From assembly GCA_030141605.1 (NCBI GenBank), contig JAQGDQ010000770.1, forward strand, positions 34,158 to 98,157: 64,000 nt of DNA, written 5' to 3'. Within the stretch, counting starts at the first letter, position 1. Every line of letters begins with the position of its first letter. Shown one piece after another: positions 32,345-49,800 of the stretch. This stretch comes from Tubiluchus corallicola. Lineage: Eukaryota; Animalia; Priapulida. The notes beneath the pieces were generated by a model that was not told the DNA's origin, did not search any database, and saw only the letters and a list, made by a program, of their open reading frames with translations. The translations under genes and the position numbers were made by a program.

Positions 32345-33279
32345 TTAAAAACCGAAACAAGAAGCTTTATCATTGCTCACATGAGCACCGCCATGCAAGC
32401 CTCCATTCTTGATATCACCCCACTTCCAAAGGTTTCCACCGCTGTGGTAACAATATTGAAGCAAGTCTTTAATTTCCTCTACCAGTAGTACGCGATCATA
32501 GAAATTCCAACCAGCAATTTTTCCCTTGAAACTCTGAGTTTGTTCAAATCCACCCGCGTCCATTTCTTGGCCTAAGACAAGCGGTTTGCCCTTTTCAATG
32601 TGTGTCCCAGGCTTGTTGGCGCCAGTGTTAACCAAGTTTCCATCTACGAATATTTGACCCCGTCCATCGGAATTTCTCCAAGTAGTACAGATGAAGTGCC
32701 ATTTGTCATCATGAAGTGTATCATAATATCCGTGCACAACGCTAAAAAACAAATAGCATAGTCACAAGCATTACCATTACTGCTATTGTCTAGCATGTTT
32801 TACATTGTTGTCACCTTTACTAGTATACTGCTGTTGTTGTTGTTGTCGCTATTATTGCTACTGCTACTGCTATTGCTACTACGTAATAATATTATTTTCA
32901 TCATCAATACTGTCATCATTATGATTATTTGTACATTAATATTAACGTAATATCATATATGTTTTGGTTATTGTTAGTGATGTTGTTGCTACTGCTATGC
33001 CTGGTTGCTCTATGCCCTATATTAAAGTGTTGTTATAATGGCAACACTATACATGGTTACTTTTGCAACGTAAACACCAGATTTAAAGGTCTTTACGCCA
33101 CTTATTCACTAAGTTACATATAAGTGAAACACTGAAATTTTTCTATAGTTATTTAGTAAATAACAAATTACGACGAAATGACGAATTTAAAAAATTAAGC
33201 ATTTAGAAAATGTGCAACCTTATGAACCTTGGTGATAAGATTAATATCCATATTTGTGAATACATACACATATTTATGA

Positions 33280-33360
<81 letters not shown>

Positions 33361-34116
33361 CTCTTATATTAATATTCTTGGTATATATATATATTTATTT
33401 ATATATTTATTTATATATAAGATTCGAGGCTACAGCCAGGACGAGGTCACCATTTGCGGCGATCTATATATCAAACGAAAGGTCTCGATCTAGTGTCGTC
33501 TCATTGGGGGTTTATTTTTCGAATTGGGCCCACAGCGAGGAAGGGGAGGCGAAAAACCTCCAAAAATGGCCATTTTTCGGCCGTTTTTTGCAAAAGTTAT
33601 ACGGCTGAGATGTAGAGAACGGGAACGGGCCGAGGGGGGTGCTGGGTATGGATAGATAGCCCGTTCAGCGGTGGGTGTCATAGGCCTATTTAGAATTCCC
33701 AAGAGGGCCACGGGGTCCCGTAACGGGCGTTTTCGCGGACCCAACTCGCGATTTTTTCGAAATTTTGATCAAACAGCCTGCGGGAAAAACGTTCTAGCGG
33801 CGCCCGGTGGGACTCTCGGAAGGAGATATACGGCTCTTTAGAAAGAAGAAAAACAGGGCTACACGATGATGTAGGCTATATGTTAGGGCAGGTCCACCGA
33901 AAGGAGTATTGGCGAGTTAATTAGGAGTTCTATTTTCGGCAATTTCCGCTTAGAAAGCTGCTGACGCAATGCCATTGTTGTGACGTAATCCATTGTACTC
34001 TGCTGTAATCTTATAACTTTAATTCAGCAAAAAGCTGCCTGCTACGGGTTTGCGTTAGATAAACAAACAGTAGGCATGATGTTACGGGCTTTGTGTAATA
34101 AATGAGGACTAGGTAG

Positions 34117-34215
<99 letters not shown>

Positions 34216-36129
34216 TTATGAATTATTATTAGTTGTTATTCACACGGTTGTTTACGTTGTTGCCAACTTGTTGATATTCCTGTTATTGTTGTTGTTGCTG
34301 CTGCTGTTACCGATGCTACTGCTGATACTGTTACTAAAGATAACGATAATAATATAAAATAGCGTTTAAAATGTCTGCTACTATCATCCTCATCATCGTC
34401 AACAACAACAGGAACAGCAGCAGCAGCAACAGCAGCAACAGCAAGTGTGAGGTCGCTTCCTATTTAAATTTGTTGTAAAAATTACTTATGGTATCCTTGG
34501 GAGATTCCAACATTTAGCTAAAACACGTGTTTAATAAGTTGTATTTACTAATGATAGTCTTTCCAGAACGAGATTTGTGTATTCACTGTTTGAGTTAGCC
34601 AGACTCCTGCATGATCGTTGTAGTAAGACCAGAGGGTTAGAACTTGTCCATCTTCCGATAAAGAGTTAATCTTTATCCAACCACAAAAGGAAAGTTCTGT
34701 GCTTCCTCCTCCCTCAAAAGCAACCTCCTTCCAGTAATAATCAACATTGTTTTTGAATGGAAAGTCAACTTCAAAACATTCATCTAAGAAAAAAGGGAAG
34801 CAGTAAAGAAAGAAGTTTAACATGGCAATATTATTGGTGTATATATTACAGTGTACGCACTTCTGCTGTACCAACTTTGATAAACTATAAAATTAACATG
34901 ATTGATGAAGATGGTGGTGGTGATGGTGGTGATGTCGATGACGATGGTGTCGATAACGACGATGAAGAAGAACAAGATGATGATGATGACGACAGTAAGT
35001 GGTGGTGGTGGCGGCGGCGGCGGTGGTGGTATAGTCTTTATACTAGGTCTTAACTCAATCGTAAAGACTAATGAGCCAGTCTAAAGTTTGGGGTTGTTTC
35101 TAGAAAATTATCAGCAAAAGTGATACTCCCCAGATATATGCAAGTGGCATAATTGTTCTCACCTGCAAACGAATTTGCTACCTTAGTAAAGAACGTAATT
35201 ATTCGTTGGAATATGTATGTGACCACAAAAAGTATAATTACATAAACAAATAATACAATAAATAAATAATATAGAAAAAATAAATGTATTAAAAAATAAT
35301 AGGCAGAAGGACAATAATGAAAGATATTAAGCGTACCTTGTATATTCTCCGTATTTACCAACTGAAGGTATTTGTTTTGCAACTGTAAAAACACGCAGAT
35401 AAGTATTAGTAAAAACCGAAACAAAGTTAATCATTCCGAAGTACACTGCAGTACATCTACACTAACTCATCTCATCCACCTAGTTAGACCATTCGCTCAT
35501 CCGCAAGTTTCCTTGAACTCGCTAACTCTTGCTCAGCATCTTTGTTTTCATATTTCCTAATACGAATTAAAACTTAAAACTCGGAACCGAGACAGCAGAC
35601 TATCAAAGAGATGGGCATGAGTTCACCCGGAACTTTGGTGTTTAAATATCTTTATATCTCAGTTCATCACTATTCAAGTTTTATGTATGGCGGACGAAAA
35701 AAAAAGCTCTTTTTTATTTAACAGGTTAATCTACAAACAAGTTAGCCTTCAACCACTAATTCTCGCTAAGAGAGAATTCTTGTCCGAAAAATAAACATTT
35801 TGTGCTTGATATTGTTATTAAGCTCATAAAAATGAAAATAGTGAATTTATTATTGTATTGTCTTCATTGCAATCATTTTTTAATGATCGCGTTAATTTAA
35901 TTTTATTCATTTGCTCATTTTATTTTATTTTTTCAGATTTCTAAATTTTCAAAAATAAAACCATGTCTATTTTCTTTAGCAATTGATCAATGCTTGATCT
36001 TGACCATTTCTGGCGAGTCTCATCAGCCGCAAGTGTTACTGTGTTTTTCGTTTACCGTGTTAAATTCATAGACAAACTAGATAAAAATTCTCGGCTATTT
36101 GAACCAGTTTGATCGTCAGACAGACAGGC

Positions 36130-36187
<58 letters not shown>

Positions 36188-36596
36188 CTATTCCGAGCAA
36201 AAGAACTTGATAGGTCTATAAAACATACTACAGATCGGAGAAATTACACTTACTAACCTCTAGATTAGTCAGATAAGCTGACCCATTCACTGTATTGTTG
36301 GCAAACGTAGTGCACTCGTCTATAGCTCTAGATTTAAGCAGATCACATTGGACAGTTTCTTCGGAATCTGAGACTATGTTCATGCTTCCACATGTTTCAT
36401 CTTCAACACAAGACATTGCGCACGCTATAGGTGATGACTTATGTAGTGTGTTCACTAACCTGGCAGCATCAGTATCTGCTTTAAGACTAGAATCTTGTTG
36501 TGCGCGATTCTTGAATTTAACCTTTTGCACGGAACAGTAAGATCCTGCTATTAAGCAAATCAAAATCGAAAAAAAAATAATGTGAATAAGTGACAT
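32345..36596 (-). CDS. Secreted PAN/Apple-like plus pentraxin-domain protein, copy A (338 aa)
   Basis: Exons 36596-36258, 35382-35337, 34783-34549, 32741-32345 sum to 1017 nt with phases 0/1/2 consistent. Hydrophobic signal peptide; PAN-like CAMSC-x5-CGSMN...CDL; pentraxin motifs LSFCGWIK, WHFICTTWRNSDG, LVLGQEMD..GGF..QSFKG.I..WNFYDRVL. Confidence 0.88.
33278..33360. repeat. (TTA)n microsatellite
   Basis: Pure TTA run; left flank of the GC-rich insert. Confidence 0.95.
33361..34117. mobile_element. GC/CpG-rich insertion of unknown class between two (TTA)n tracts
   Basis: Sharp compositional shift. Absent from the equivalent intron of copy B (584 bp versus 1807 bp). No TIR or coding homology recognised. 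Confidence 0.6.
34118..34212. repeat. (TTA)n microsatellite
   Basis: Pure TTA run; right flank of the GC-rich insert. Confidence 0.95.
36117..36186. repeat. (CAGA)n microsatellite
   Basis: In intron 1 of pentraxin copy A; the paralogous tract is at 43566-43699. Confidence 0.95.
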
Positions 36597-36733
36597 TTTT
36601 CCTTTTTTATTTGTTTTCAGCTCTAAAATGATGACATATCTGTTTCTTCAACACTATCAAACGTAGCGAATACTACTCCCGGTGTTAGTCAAAACTAATA
36701 TATCGTCTCAAGCAAATAAATATGCGTACAGAT

Positions 36734-37165
36734 CCTAGGCAGGCACAAAGCGTGTGTAAAGTGAAAGTATCTCTTGTAACAAAAGGCTCCAGCAGGTTGC
36801 CAAGTTTCTTGCCATTAGCCCAATGAAATACGTAACTGTCATCGTTCATCACATTTTAATAAATGAATAATTAGCAGCCTAGGCAGGCACAAAGCGTGTG
36901 TAAAGTGAAAGTATCTCTTGTAACAAAAGGCTCCAGCAGGATGCCAAGTTTCTTGCCATTAGCCCAATGAAATACGTAACTGTCATTGTTCATCACATTT
37001 TAATAAATGAATAATTAGCAGCCTAGGCAGGCACAAAGCGTGTGTAAAGCGAAAGTATCTCTTGTAACAAAAGGCTCCAGCAGGTTGCCAAGTTTCTTGC
37101 CATTAGCCCAATGAAATACGTAACTGTCATTGTTCATCAGATTTTAATAAATGAATAATTAGCAG
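36734..37165. repeat. 3 x 144-bp near-perfect tandem repeat upstream of pentraxin copy A
   Basis: Units begin CCTAGGCAGGCACAAAGCG at 36734, 36878 and 37022 and differ by only a few substitutions. Confidence 0.95.
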
Positions 37166-37282
37166 CCAGTGCATTTCAGTTATTAAAAGGGTATAAGTTA
37201 TTTACGACATGATACATTGAGCAAGGGAACAAAGTAAACAACTTTTGGTATTACTTCCTGTGCGTCTACTACATGGAGAACA

Positions 37283-38105
37283 CAGGGGCGGATTAACCAT
37301 TAGGATAATAAGCCTATATAGCCTTAGGTCCTAAATTATAATAGGCCTCAGAATCTAAAAACCGATGACCATTCAAACCAAGATAAAGCTATAGTAAACA
37401 GGGTAACAAACTGAACATGCTGAAGACGTTTTCTTTTTTGCTCACTGCTAATGAGTACTTGAGCGATTGGGCCTATACTGAGCACAAAGTAACCGTTTTT
37501 CGCTATAGACCCACACATTTCGACATAGGATGCTTCACTACAAAATATTTGGACACAGCCTGTATCTTGAACACATAGGCTGTTCGGACAGAGAGGCTAA
37601 ATTCTTTATACCAAAGAATTCGACACTTTTAAGAGTAATACAGGACATTTAAACATGTTCAGCATATTTCTCGTTGCCTGATGTTTTGGAATCTTCATCA
37701 GAGATAACTTCAATTACGAACAGCAATTCGCATTTTGCTTAACGAAAAAGCATGACAAGCAAAATCATTCCCATTCATCACGATCAACGACAACGGCTGT
37801 TGGTAAATTGATGCAAATATTGAGGAACAGCCAGTCAGCCACTAACATTTTTTTTTACTTTCTAAGAAGTTTGATGGCAATCTGACTATGTATGAGTCAG
37901 ATGCTTCATTTATAAGCTGTTAATTTGACCAAATAGATATCGTTTTGTGCAAAAATATTCTATGTGAATAAATTTCAGGATCAGCAGTAAAGCATAATTG
38001 GATGTACAGTTGCGCATGCGCATAGCCAATGCATTTAGGTCCGTATCATTTCCGACTAGTTTGTTGCTAGCCTTATAGGCCCATGAAGCCTTTAATCCGC
38101 CCCTG
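37283..38105. mobile_element. hAT-like non-autonomous DNA transposon
   Basis: Perfect 14-bp TIR CAGGGGCGGATTAA / TTAATCCGCCCCTG. Second partial copy at 6849. TSD not recognisable. Confidence 0.8.
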
Positions 38106-40095
38106 CGAGATGCACTATGTAATTATTGTAGTATGAGAGTGTAGTTAGGAAGTAGATCCTTGGAAAAACTTGTCTGGAGCGTGAATTGGTGGAACTGGTT
38201 TTTCCGCATTTTATAACAATTGCAAACATGTTTAAGCGATTTAGAGAGCACTTATATAGTACGAAACCGTGCACAGATAAATAGATAAATTAGTATTAAC
38301 ATTTATCACTGTAACTCAATACGACGTTTTATTATTGTATTTTAACATGTCGTCTAACATTGTACAATTGTTGTAAATAAGTAATTGCATCATGATGTTT
38401 TAATCATTCGTTAGGGATGAGCACCGAATGTTCGTGTTCGAACGGTCGAATTTTCCACTTTTCTAACTATGAAAAAATTTACTTGGAAATGTTAACACAT
38501 GTACTAATCACCGACAGCAACTCAAACGCGCAGATGAAGTTGTAAAGTCGTGAATCAATCCTACGCTATGCTTGTATTATATTACATGTATACACACACT
38601 TTACCACTAGAGCGCAATTGTAGTGTCGATCTCAACAAACCGTGATTGTAGTTTGGTTGGATGGTTGTTAAAAATCAGGTCCACCTATTGCTAAAAATCA
38701 GAACCACGGATTAGTTCTTTCTATGAATATTCTCGATTGCGTTGTGTTTTTCTTTGTTTTATACCCCGTTTCTTTACCAATTTAACGTTGCGGCCATTTT
38801 AGTCAAATAAATGCTAAAAATGAAAGTAGAAACAAGAATTTCTGTTTAAACAAAATAATTATTCAAATTACACCCAGTAGTATTTTGCACAAGCAGATGG
38901 TATAGCTTAAGTACTAAACTAATTATTATATATGATATACATGTGTAGCATAATAAATTCTAGGTAGGTGTTATAATTTGAATGACTGTTTTGAATGCTG
39001 TTTAAACATGGAAACAGAGAGTAGACATGACTCAGCTAATCAGTTGAAAAACTGTCTTACATACAATGTCAGAATATTGATTTTAATCTTTTAATCTTTA
39101 AAGCTTTTAACCTTTCACAGATTTTACTTCAACTTTATTTTCCAATGAATGCTTTTAACAAGGATAACCAAAAGTTACAACTTATTTCCGTACATTTTAG
39201 CTAGATCTAAATTTCAATATTCCAAAGGTGAGTTCACACTTTATTACAACCAAAATAAACATCGAGAGAAATGCTCAGTTAAACTTATTTGTTTCCATCT
39301 AAACAGGGTCCAACTTAGAAATTTGTAAGAAGTAAGCATAATCCAAATGTTTTGCAAATGCATGTATTAATTTATACTCTAGCAATTACTTCCAATTTAT
39401 ATTCACAATTGTTAACAATGTTTTCTTCCAGTAAGAAATCACAATTACAACGTCTTACTAGATTATCACAGTATATCATAATAAAGATAAAAGCACAGCA
39501 ATTTATAAAATAGAAGAACCAATACACTCATCTTTAATCGTCAAGAGTTGGGATAACCACAAACCCGAACCTTACTTCACATAAATGCATCTATTACCCT
39601 GCCTGACTAAGTAAGATACAAGACGACTTTTACAAAAACTCTAGCCCAAACGCAATCATAGTGGCAACTGTCAAAATAACAGCCATGCCACCAGTATGAT
39701 TTCTAGAAATTGCCACCTCCAGAATTTCAAGCACACTGCTTATATAGCACGCGCGCTACCTGCGTCACTGATTTTAAGGAGGTCAGTCTCCTTTGCAATT
39801 GTTTAAGCAAGCGACAAGTTCCATTACTATGCCAGTACAATTGAAATCAGTCCGAACTTGCTGATTTATAACTAAACAGCAGGTTTTCCCTTTAGCTAGG
39901 AGTGTTAAATTTTACCTATAGTTTACAAGTGCATAAGAACTTTACCGCCATAATTATCAGTGATCTGAAATTCTGTATGCATAGAGTCATATATCTTTGC
40001 TCTTGCATATATATATATGCGATAATGCGATAATTCTTGAGTGAGTTAGGTTGCGTTAATCGAAAAGCTTTTCTTTCTCCTCAACATCTTGCTGC

Positions 40096-44129
<4,034 letters not shown>

Positions 44130-45759
44130 TTTTCGGTAAAGTGATGACATATCTGATACCTCAGCCACAATCAAACAAAGTGAATACTACTTCCCGGAAT
44201 GACATTAGTCAAATTAACATGTCGGCTCAAGCAAATAAGAATACAGATCACCGTCGCAAACTATGTGTGATTACCCTTATAACGAAAAGTATCTTCGCAG
44301 GTTGCCAGGCTTCAAGTCATTAGCCAAACAAATTACTCAGCCGGTCAGTCATTATTGGTCACACTTTAATAAACGAATAATAACAGCCAGTACATTTAAA
44401 TTATTTACGACATTGGTATTACATCCTGTGCGTCTACTACATGGAGAACACAGGGGCGGATCATCTTCTTTACATTTACTGAGTCTTACACAGCAATCTT
44501 AATGTCAATGTGCTAGATCCTCCTCACCACCAGTGGCAAGCAAGCAGACATCGATGAAAACATCAACAACACGTTCAACTTGTTTTACGCCAAATATCTT
44601 TTATGTCAACTTGCCTTTACTGTTTACTTGCTTTTAATTATATACATCTTGAGGGATACGCCTATGACTCGGGTAAATTGAACTGAGTTGCTTGGAAATT
44701 CACCACTCAGCCTTGTCAAACGTATCAGAATTTTTCTGAAAGACAGAATGGTGGCTAAGAAGATCCAAGAACCTACCTTTCATTAATATTCAAAAGACAA
44801 ATTCGTGGGTTTATCTGCTAGCGGTTTTTGGGCTCAACCGCAAACTCTTTGAATCTTTGATCAATCATACGTTCAAAATAGCAGGCTGTGTGAGACGCAT
44901 GAGACTAAATATTGAGGCAGGATAGATTCTTAAGTGGTGGAGCAATACTTTGCTGCTGTTTTTGTAATAGGCAGAAATTTTCGTTACACTTCCTATATTA
45001 TATTTAAGCCTAGACTCTAGATCCTTGGTTTAGCTAATTTCCTTGTTCTAAATTTTATTACAAAGATTTCTGATATTGTAGAAATTGAGCACGAGTTGCC
45101 CGGAATTGGAAGTTTGCTGTAATATTGACCTCACCAAAGCGTATGAATTACTTATTAGTGTCTCACGAATAGTTATATTCATTACACATTAAGTTTGTCA
45201 GTTATCAAATGAAAATACAATGTCTGACGTGTAGCAGTGCATGTTGTGAGAGTACTTAAGGCGGATTCTTTAGATCTCAATACGGCACGGGTTAACATTA
45301 TGTTACTAGCTTTACACTTTACAAGTCATTTATTTCAAGTTGAGTTATAACGTCAAGATAGTATTTGTTCGCAGAAGACACTGTTGTACTAGCATTTTTC
45401 GCCGACATACCTGGTTTAGTTTAGTTTTCCAAAATGCCATGATTTTATATACATTGTTACATTACAATACTTTTCCGACAATAAGCAAGGAGAACGAAAT
45501 ACTAGAGTGATAGAAAGGGCAAGGAAATGACAACGAAAAGTGAATGTGATGATGATGAAAATGAAGTGTAGATTCACATGAGAATGTAAACAAGAAACAG
45601 TTCAATCGGCTGAGTTACTGCAAAAATCGGCATGGAGTCATGCCAAGGACAACAGCCTTAGCACTTCTTCCATAGGTCAAGTTTTAGTACTTTTTCTTCT
45701 TTCTTGTATTACATTATACTGAAATGTGTTTTAAGCACGTGAAATTATGCAGATTTGTC

Positions 45760-46310
45760 TATTTGAGAGTTATAAATTATATATACCCAGGTTATTATTT
45801 AATATGAAGTGCTTTAGACTTATATTTAAAAATTGTATGTTCACATTTGATATGGTTAGGTAATGAGTTCCAAATTAAGGTTCATGAAATTTGAGGAACT
45901 GTTTAGCAACATTTGTACGGACATGTCATATATAATAATATATTGGTTCTAACGTGTATTTTGACATTTTGCATTTAGTTTGACAGAATTGTTAAAGAAA
46001 TTGGGAAAGTTCTTATTATTAGTTTTGTACATGAAGTTTACAGAGTTAAAAAAGTAAGAAGTTTAGATTGTTTAAAATATGTATCTTTTATATGATATTT
46101 AGTCCAAAGAACAAACAAAGAAATTATCAGTGGAGTGACTGTTAAGGGTTAAGATTTATTGTGTAAGTAATTCACAAAGATAAGTGTCATAATTTAAATA
46201 TGGATAGACTAAACCATAGTAGGCAAGTAAATGTAATGAAGATGAACAGTTTTTTATATGGGACATGATTTCAAAATTTTTAGTAATGTTAAGACTTTCA
46301 AGTTGTGGTG
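45760..46310 (-). mobile_element. Degraded CR1/L2-group LINE 3' fragment
   Basis: Minus strand contains GTLIWNSLP, typical of the LINE ORF2 C-terminus, within stop-riddled sequence. Boundaries approximate. Confidence 0.45.
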
Positions 46311-46827
46311 CTCGTGCAAAACTGAATAAACTTTAAACAGTCCAAAAGATGCAGTTTGTTCTATTCGCTAAGGTCTTGCCTTTAAATGCAAGTCTAAACT
46401 TAAAACGGATAAAACAAAAGTTGTATAACATATTTTCTAATTGCTGAAGTTTCACTAATTAAATTGAAAATGCAGATACATTTCTTCTGAAGATGCTTTC
46501 TTCTTCTTCTTCTTCTTCTGCTTTCATCTTTATTTGAAATTCTTCTAGGTCATAAAGATTTGTAGGGAAGACCAAAATAAATGACATCAATAGTAATGTA
46601 AAAGTACAAAAAAATTTTGAAAGTACTATAATGATAGAGCCCCTAAAATGGAGGGTAACCCATGCAAAGCATGGCGTTGTCAACACTGCTGCCAATGAGA
46701 GGATGCACAATAATTTTTTCTGTGAAAAAGAAGCACAGAAAAAAATGAGAGAGTCAATAGCTGTTAATGGAAGAAAGAAAGAAGCCATCAATCATCAACT
46801 GAATTGTTAGAGAAATTTTATACAAAA

Positions 46828-49800
46828 ATGGAAAAACAGGGAATGTGTGTTGCTAACGGTGTAAATCAAACTAAGAGATGTATTAGAAAAAGTTCGACGG
46901 ATAAGCTGAAATGTTCAATTGATACTGTAACAAATTCTAATAAGCTGGCAAGCACAAAACGAATCCCTAAAAAAGAAAACAAGAAAAAGACTGGAAATGT
47001 GAAGCACATAATTAGTGATAGTAAAAACGATGTTAATGGTAGTCATCGGAGGAGATGTGCACATGCGCTGAGCAAGAAAGCTCTTTTGCGAAGAAAGGAG
47101 CAAACAAAAAAGTGGAAGCTAAAGATGAAGGAAAGGAGAAAAAAGAAGAGGAAATCTGACTCAGCAGAAAGTGGAGTAGCTGAAAAATTACCTTCTCCAG
47201 TTCCTCCAGTACTCGTTCAACAGACAAACGACCCATCCACTGTATCTGCTAATTGGGCAGCTTTACAACAGGTGAAGTATAACTATTCATTCTGTTTGAC
47301 GAATTGAGGGGATGGGGTCTGTTATCATTACCAGTGAACTGGATAGCTGGCAACATTGCTCTGGTCACTTGTCGGTCTTTTGATCCTGATGCACGATATA
47401 AGAACTAATGTGCGTTATTAAATGCAAAAGATAGTCTCTTATTTTTGTTGCATGCCATGGACCTACTTAGGGTAGATAATGTAATTTTTCAAATTTACAG
47501 TTTACTAAATTTTGAACAGTATCTTACTTTGCTTTAAGTTTACTCATAGTTCTTATAAAAATTCATCGAAGTTAACGGTAATTCTGTATTTAATTTCATT
47601 GATTCACTGATTTTTTGTATATGTTTTTTATAATGACTTCTTTAGACATTGAAGCCAGGTCGTGCTAATTGGAAAAGGACAAAACAAGGAATAGATAGTC
47701 TGGCAGCAGATAACAGCACAGATCAAGCTAAAATGTGAGAATGTATCTCTTTTATAGTGGACATTGTTGTGTATTGACTCATTTTCGAGCAGATATAGTT
47801 CCTTGACTGCATATACAGTAAGTTAAAGCTTCCATGGCTCATCACACTAGACAGAGCTCACGTGTACTAAATCTGGTGAATGCATTTATGTGCTGCGAGC
47901 TGATCTACTTAGGTGAATCAAATTCTGCAATGTTGTAAACAAAAGGTGGAAACACTAGTATCTTAGTAGGGTTAAGCGAATTCGAATCAAACTGAATTTC
48001 AGTATTTTGAACTCGATTCAAATTGTGCTACTTGCATGAACTTTCAAACATTTTAATGATAAGGAACATATGTGGTTGAGGTGCTGAATTACTGAAATTT
48101 ATAATTTTAAGTTCTAATTCGAGTCGAATTCGAACTAAGAAACAACTCGTTCAAAACAAACTCGAACATTCGATGCTCACCCCTACTTCTTTGTAGTTTT
48201 AAGTCATTGATTTAATAGACTTACATCGTATAAATTTTTGTACGTTGAACATTTGTTTAGCCGGGAAACGGATATTTGGTTTGATGATGTGGATGAAGAT
48301 TTGCTAGAAAAACCAGCATTAGCCAGTCAGAGCCAAGAAGTCTCCAGAGGCTTGAATGCAAGACCATGTAAAGGGCTGGTAAAGGAAAATGCTGCTACAG
48401 GGTAAAGTCTGATTTCAAAAATTTTGGATGAATTGAGTAGCAATTGTTAGTAATTTAAATACGATAACAGAGTTGAGTTGCACTGCTATCTGTTTGTGTA
48501 ATTTATCTGTTCCTCTGCCTGTATCCCAAAAGCAAGTATTGATGTAATCTATATATGTTTGACAGTACAGGCAAGTTCAAATAGAAATATTGTCTTCTGA
48601 AACTAAAACTTCAAAGTTGTGCTGTGACTTGGTTGTGTCAGTCCACAGAACTGTTTTAGAGTGGTCAAGCCAAATCTGATAAAGACCTTACCGTGACATG
48701 CGTCACCAATTTTTGAGGTTAGAAGAATGCATATGCCCTAAAAGTTACTAACATCAGTGTCCTAAAAATACTGTTTGACTCGAGCAATGCATGATTATTC
48801 ATTTCTTGTACATGATTGCTTTTCAGGCTCACTAAGCGTGTGGCTATCGACTGTGAAATGGTTGGTGTCGGCCCCACCGGTCAGGACAGCATCTTGGCAA
48901 GAGTCTCTCTGGTCAATGAACATGGACACCAGCTCTATGACAAGTATGTAAAACCCAAGGAAAAGGTGACTGACTACAGGACAGCGGTCAGCGGGATTCG
49001 ACCACAGATGTTAAAAAACGCTGGTAAGATTAGAAATGAACAACAAACGAAACATACACTGAAACATAAAAAGAAATTGCTTTTTGTTTGTAGAAATTTA
49101 TAGTTATACGTACAAGAATGCAGAGCCGAGTTAAACACACGAAAAATATTAACACAGGAATTTTCAAAGTTTTAATGTCATTACTAGTTGGCAAAGTTAT
49201 AATCAGAGAAAATTGGTCATAAAAAACAGAGACATCATCCAAGGAACTGAACCTAGAGCTGCCTATTGTAACTATTGTAATCTCTCCAGACTGAAGTGGC
49301 TGTCAAACGTGTTATTTAGTAACTTTTAGGAAATAGACATTTCTAAGTGTGGCACTTTTTTCAGAATTATTTGAAATTGTTCAAAAAGAAGTAGCTGATA
49401 TCATTAATGGACGCATCTTAGTTGGACATGCCTTGCACCACGACCTTGGGGTAGGCATTATTTCTGCTGTGGTAAAAACCCTCATTCTCGGTTTTTGTCA
49501 CTTTCGTGAAGAATTCTCAAAAAGTTTATCACTTTTCCTGATTCAGCTTGCCTGCTTGTTTGTGTTAAAGATATAATAATAAAAAAATGACAAACTAAAT
49601 AGGGTATGCATTAGACGAAACTCCACTTAACAGTAGGTAGTATGTCAAGAAATAATTGATAAGATTTTGATTATAGTCAATTGGATAAATGTAAAGAAAA
49701 TCAATATTTATCACTTATTACCCACTGTTTTTTTCAAATGTACATATTCTGTTTGTCTGTCTGCCTTTCTGTGGAGATCGCTGGTATCTATTAGAATTAA

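Noticed and set aside
33210-33744. Poly-Leu ORF and Pro/Arg-rich antisense ORF
   Set aside because: Products of the (TTA)n tract and the GC-rich insert; no recognisable domain.
34757-35084. Asp-rich, Met-rich and poly-Gly ORFs (similar ones at 40785-41620)
   Set aside because: Trinucleotide low-complexity tracts in pentraxin introns.
36734-37165. Possible CRISPR-like array
   Set aside because: Contiguous 144-bp units with no unique spacers, no cas genes and a eukaryotic context.
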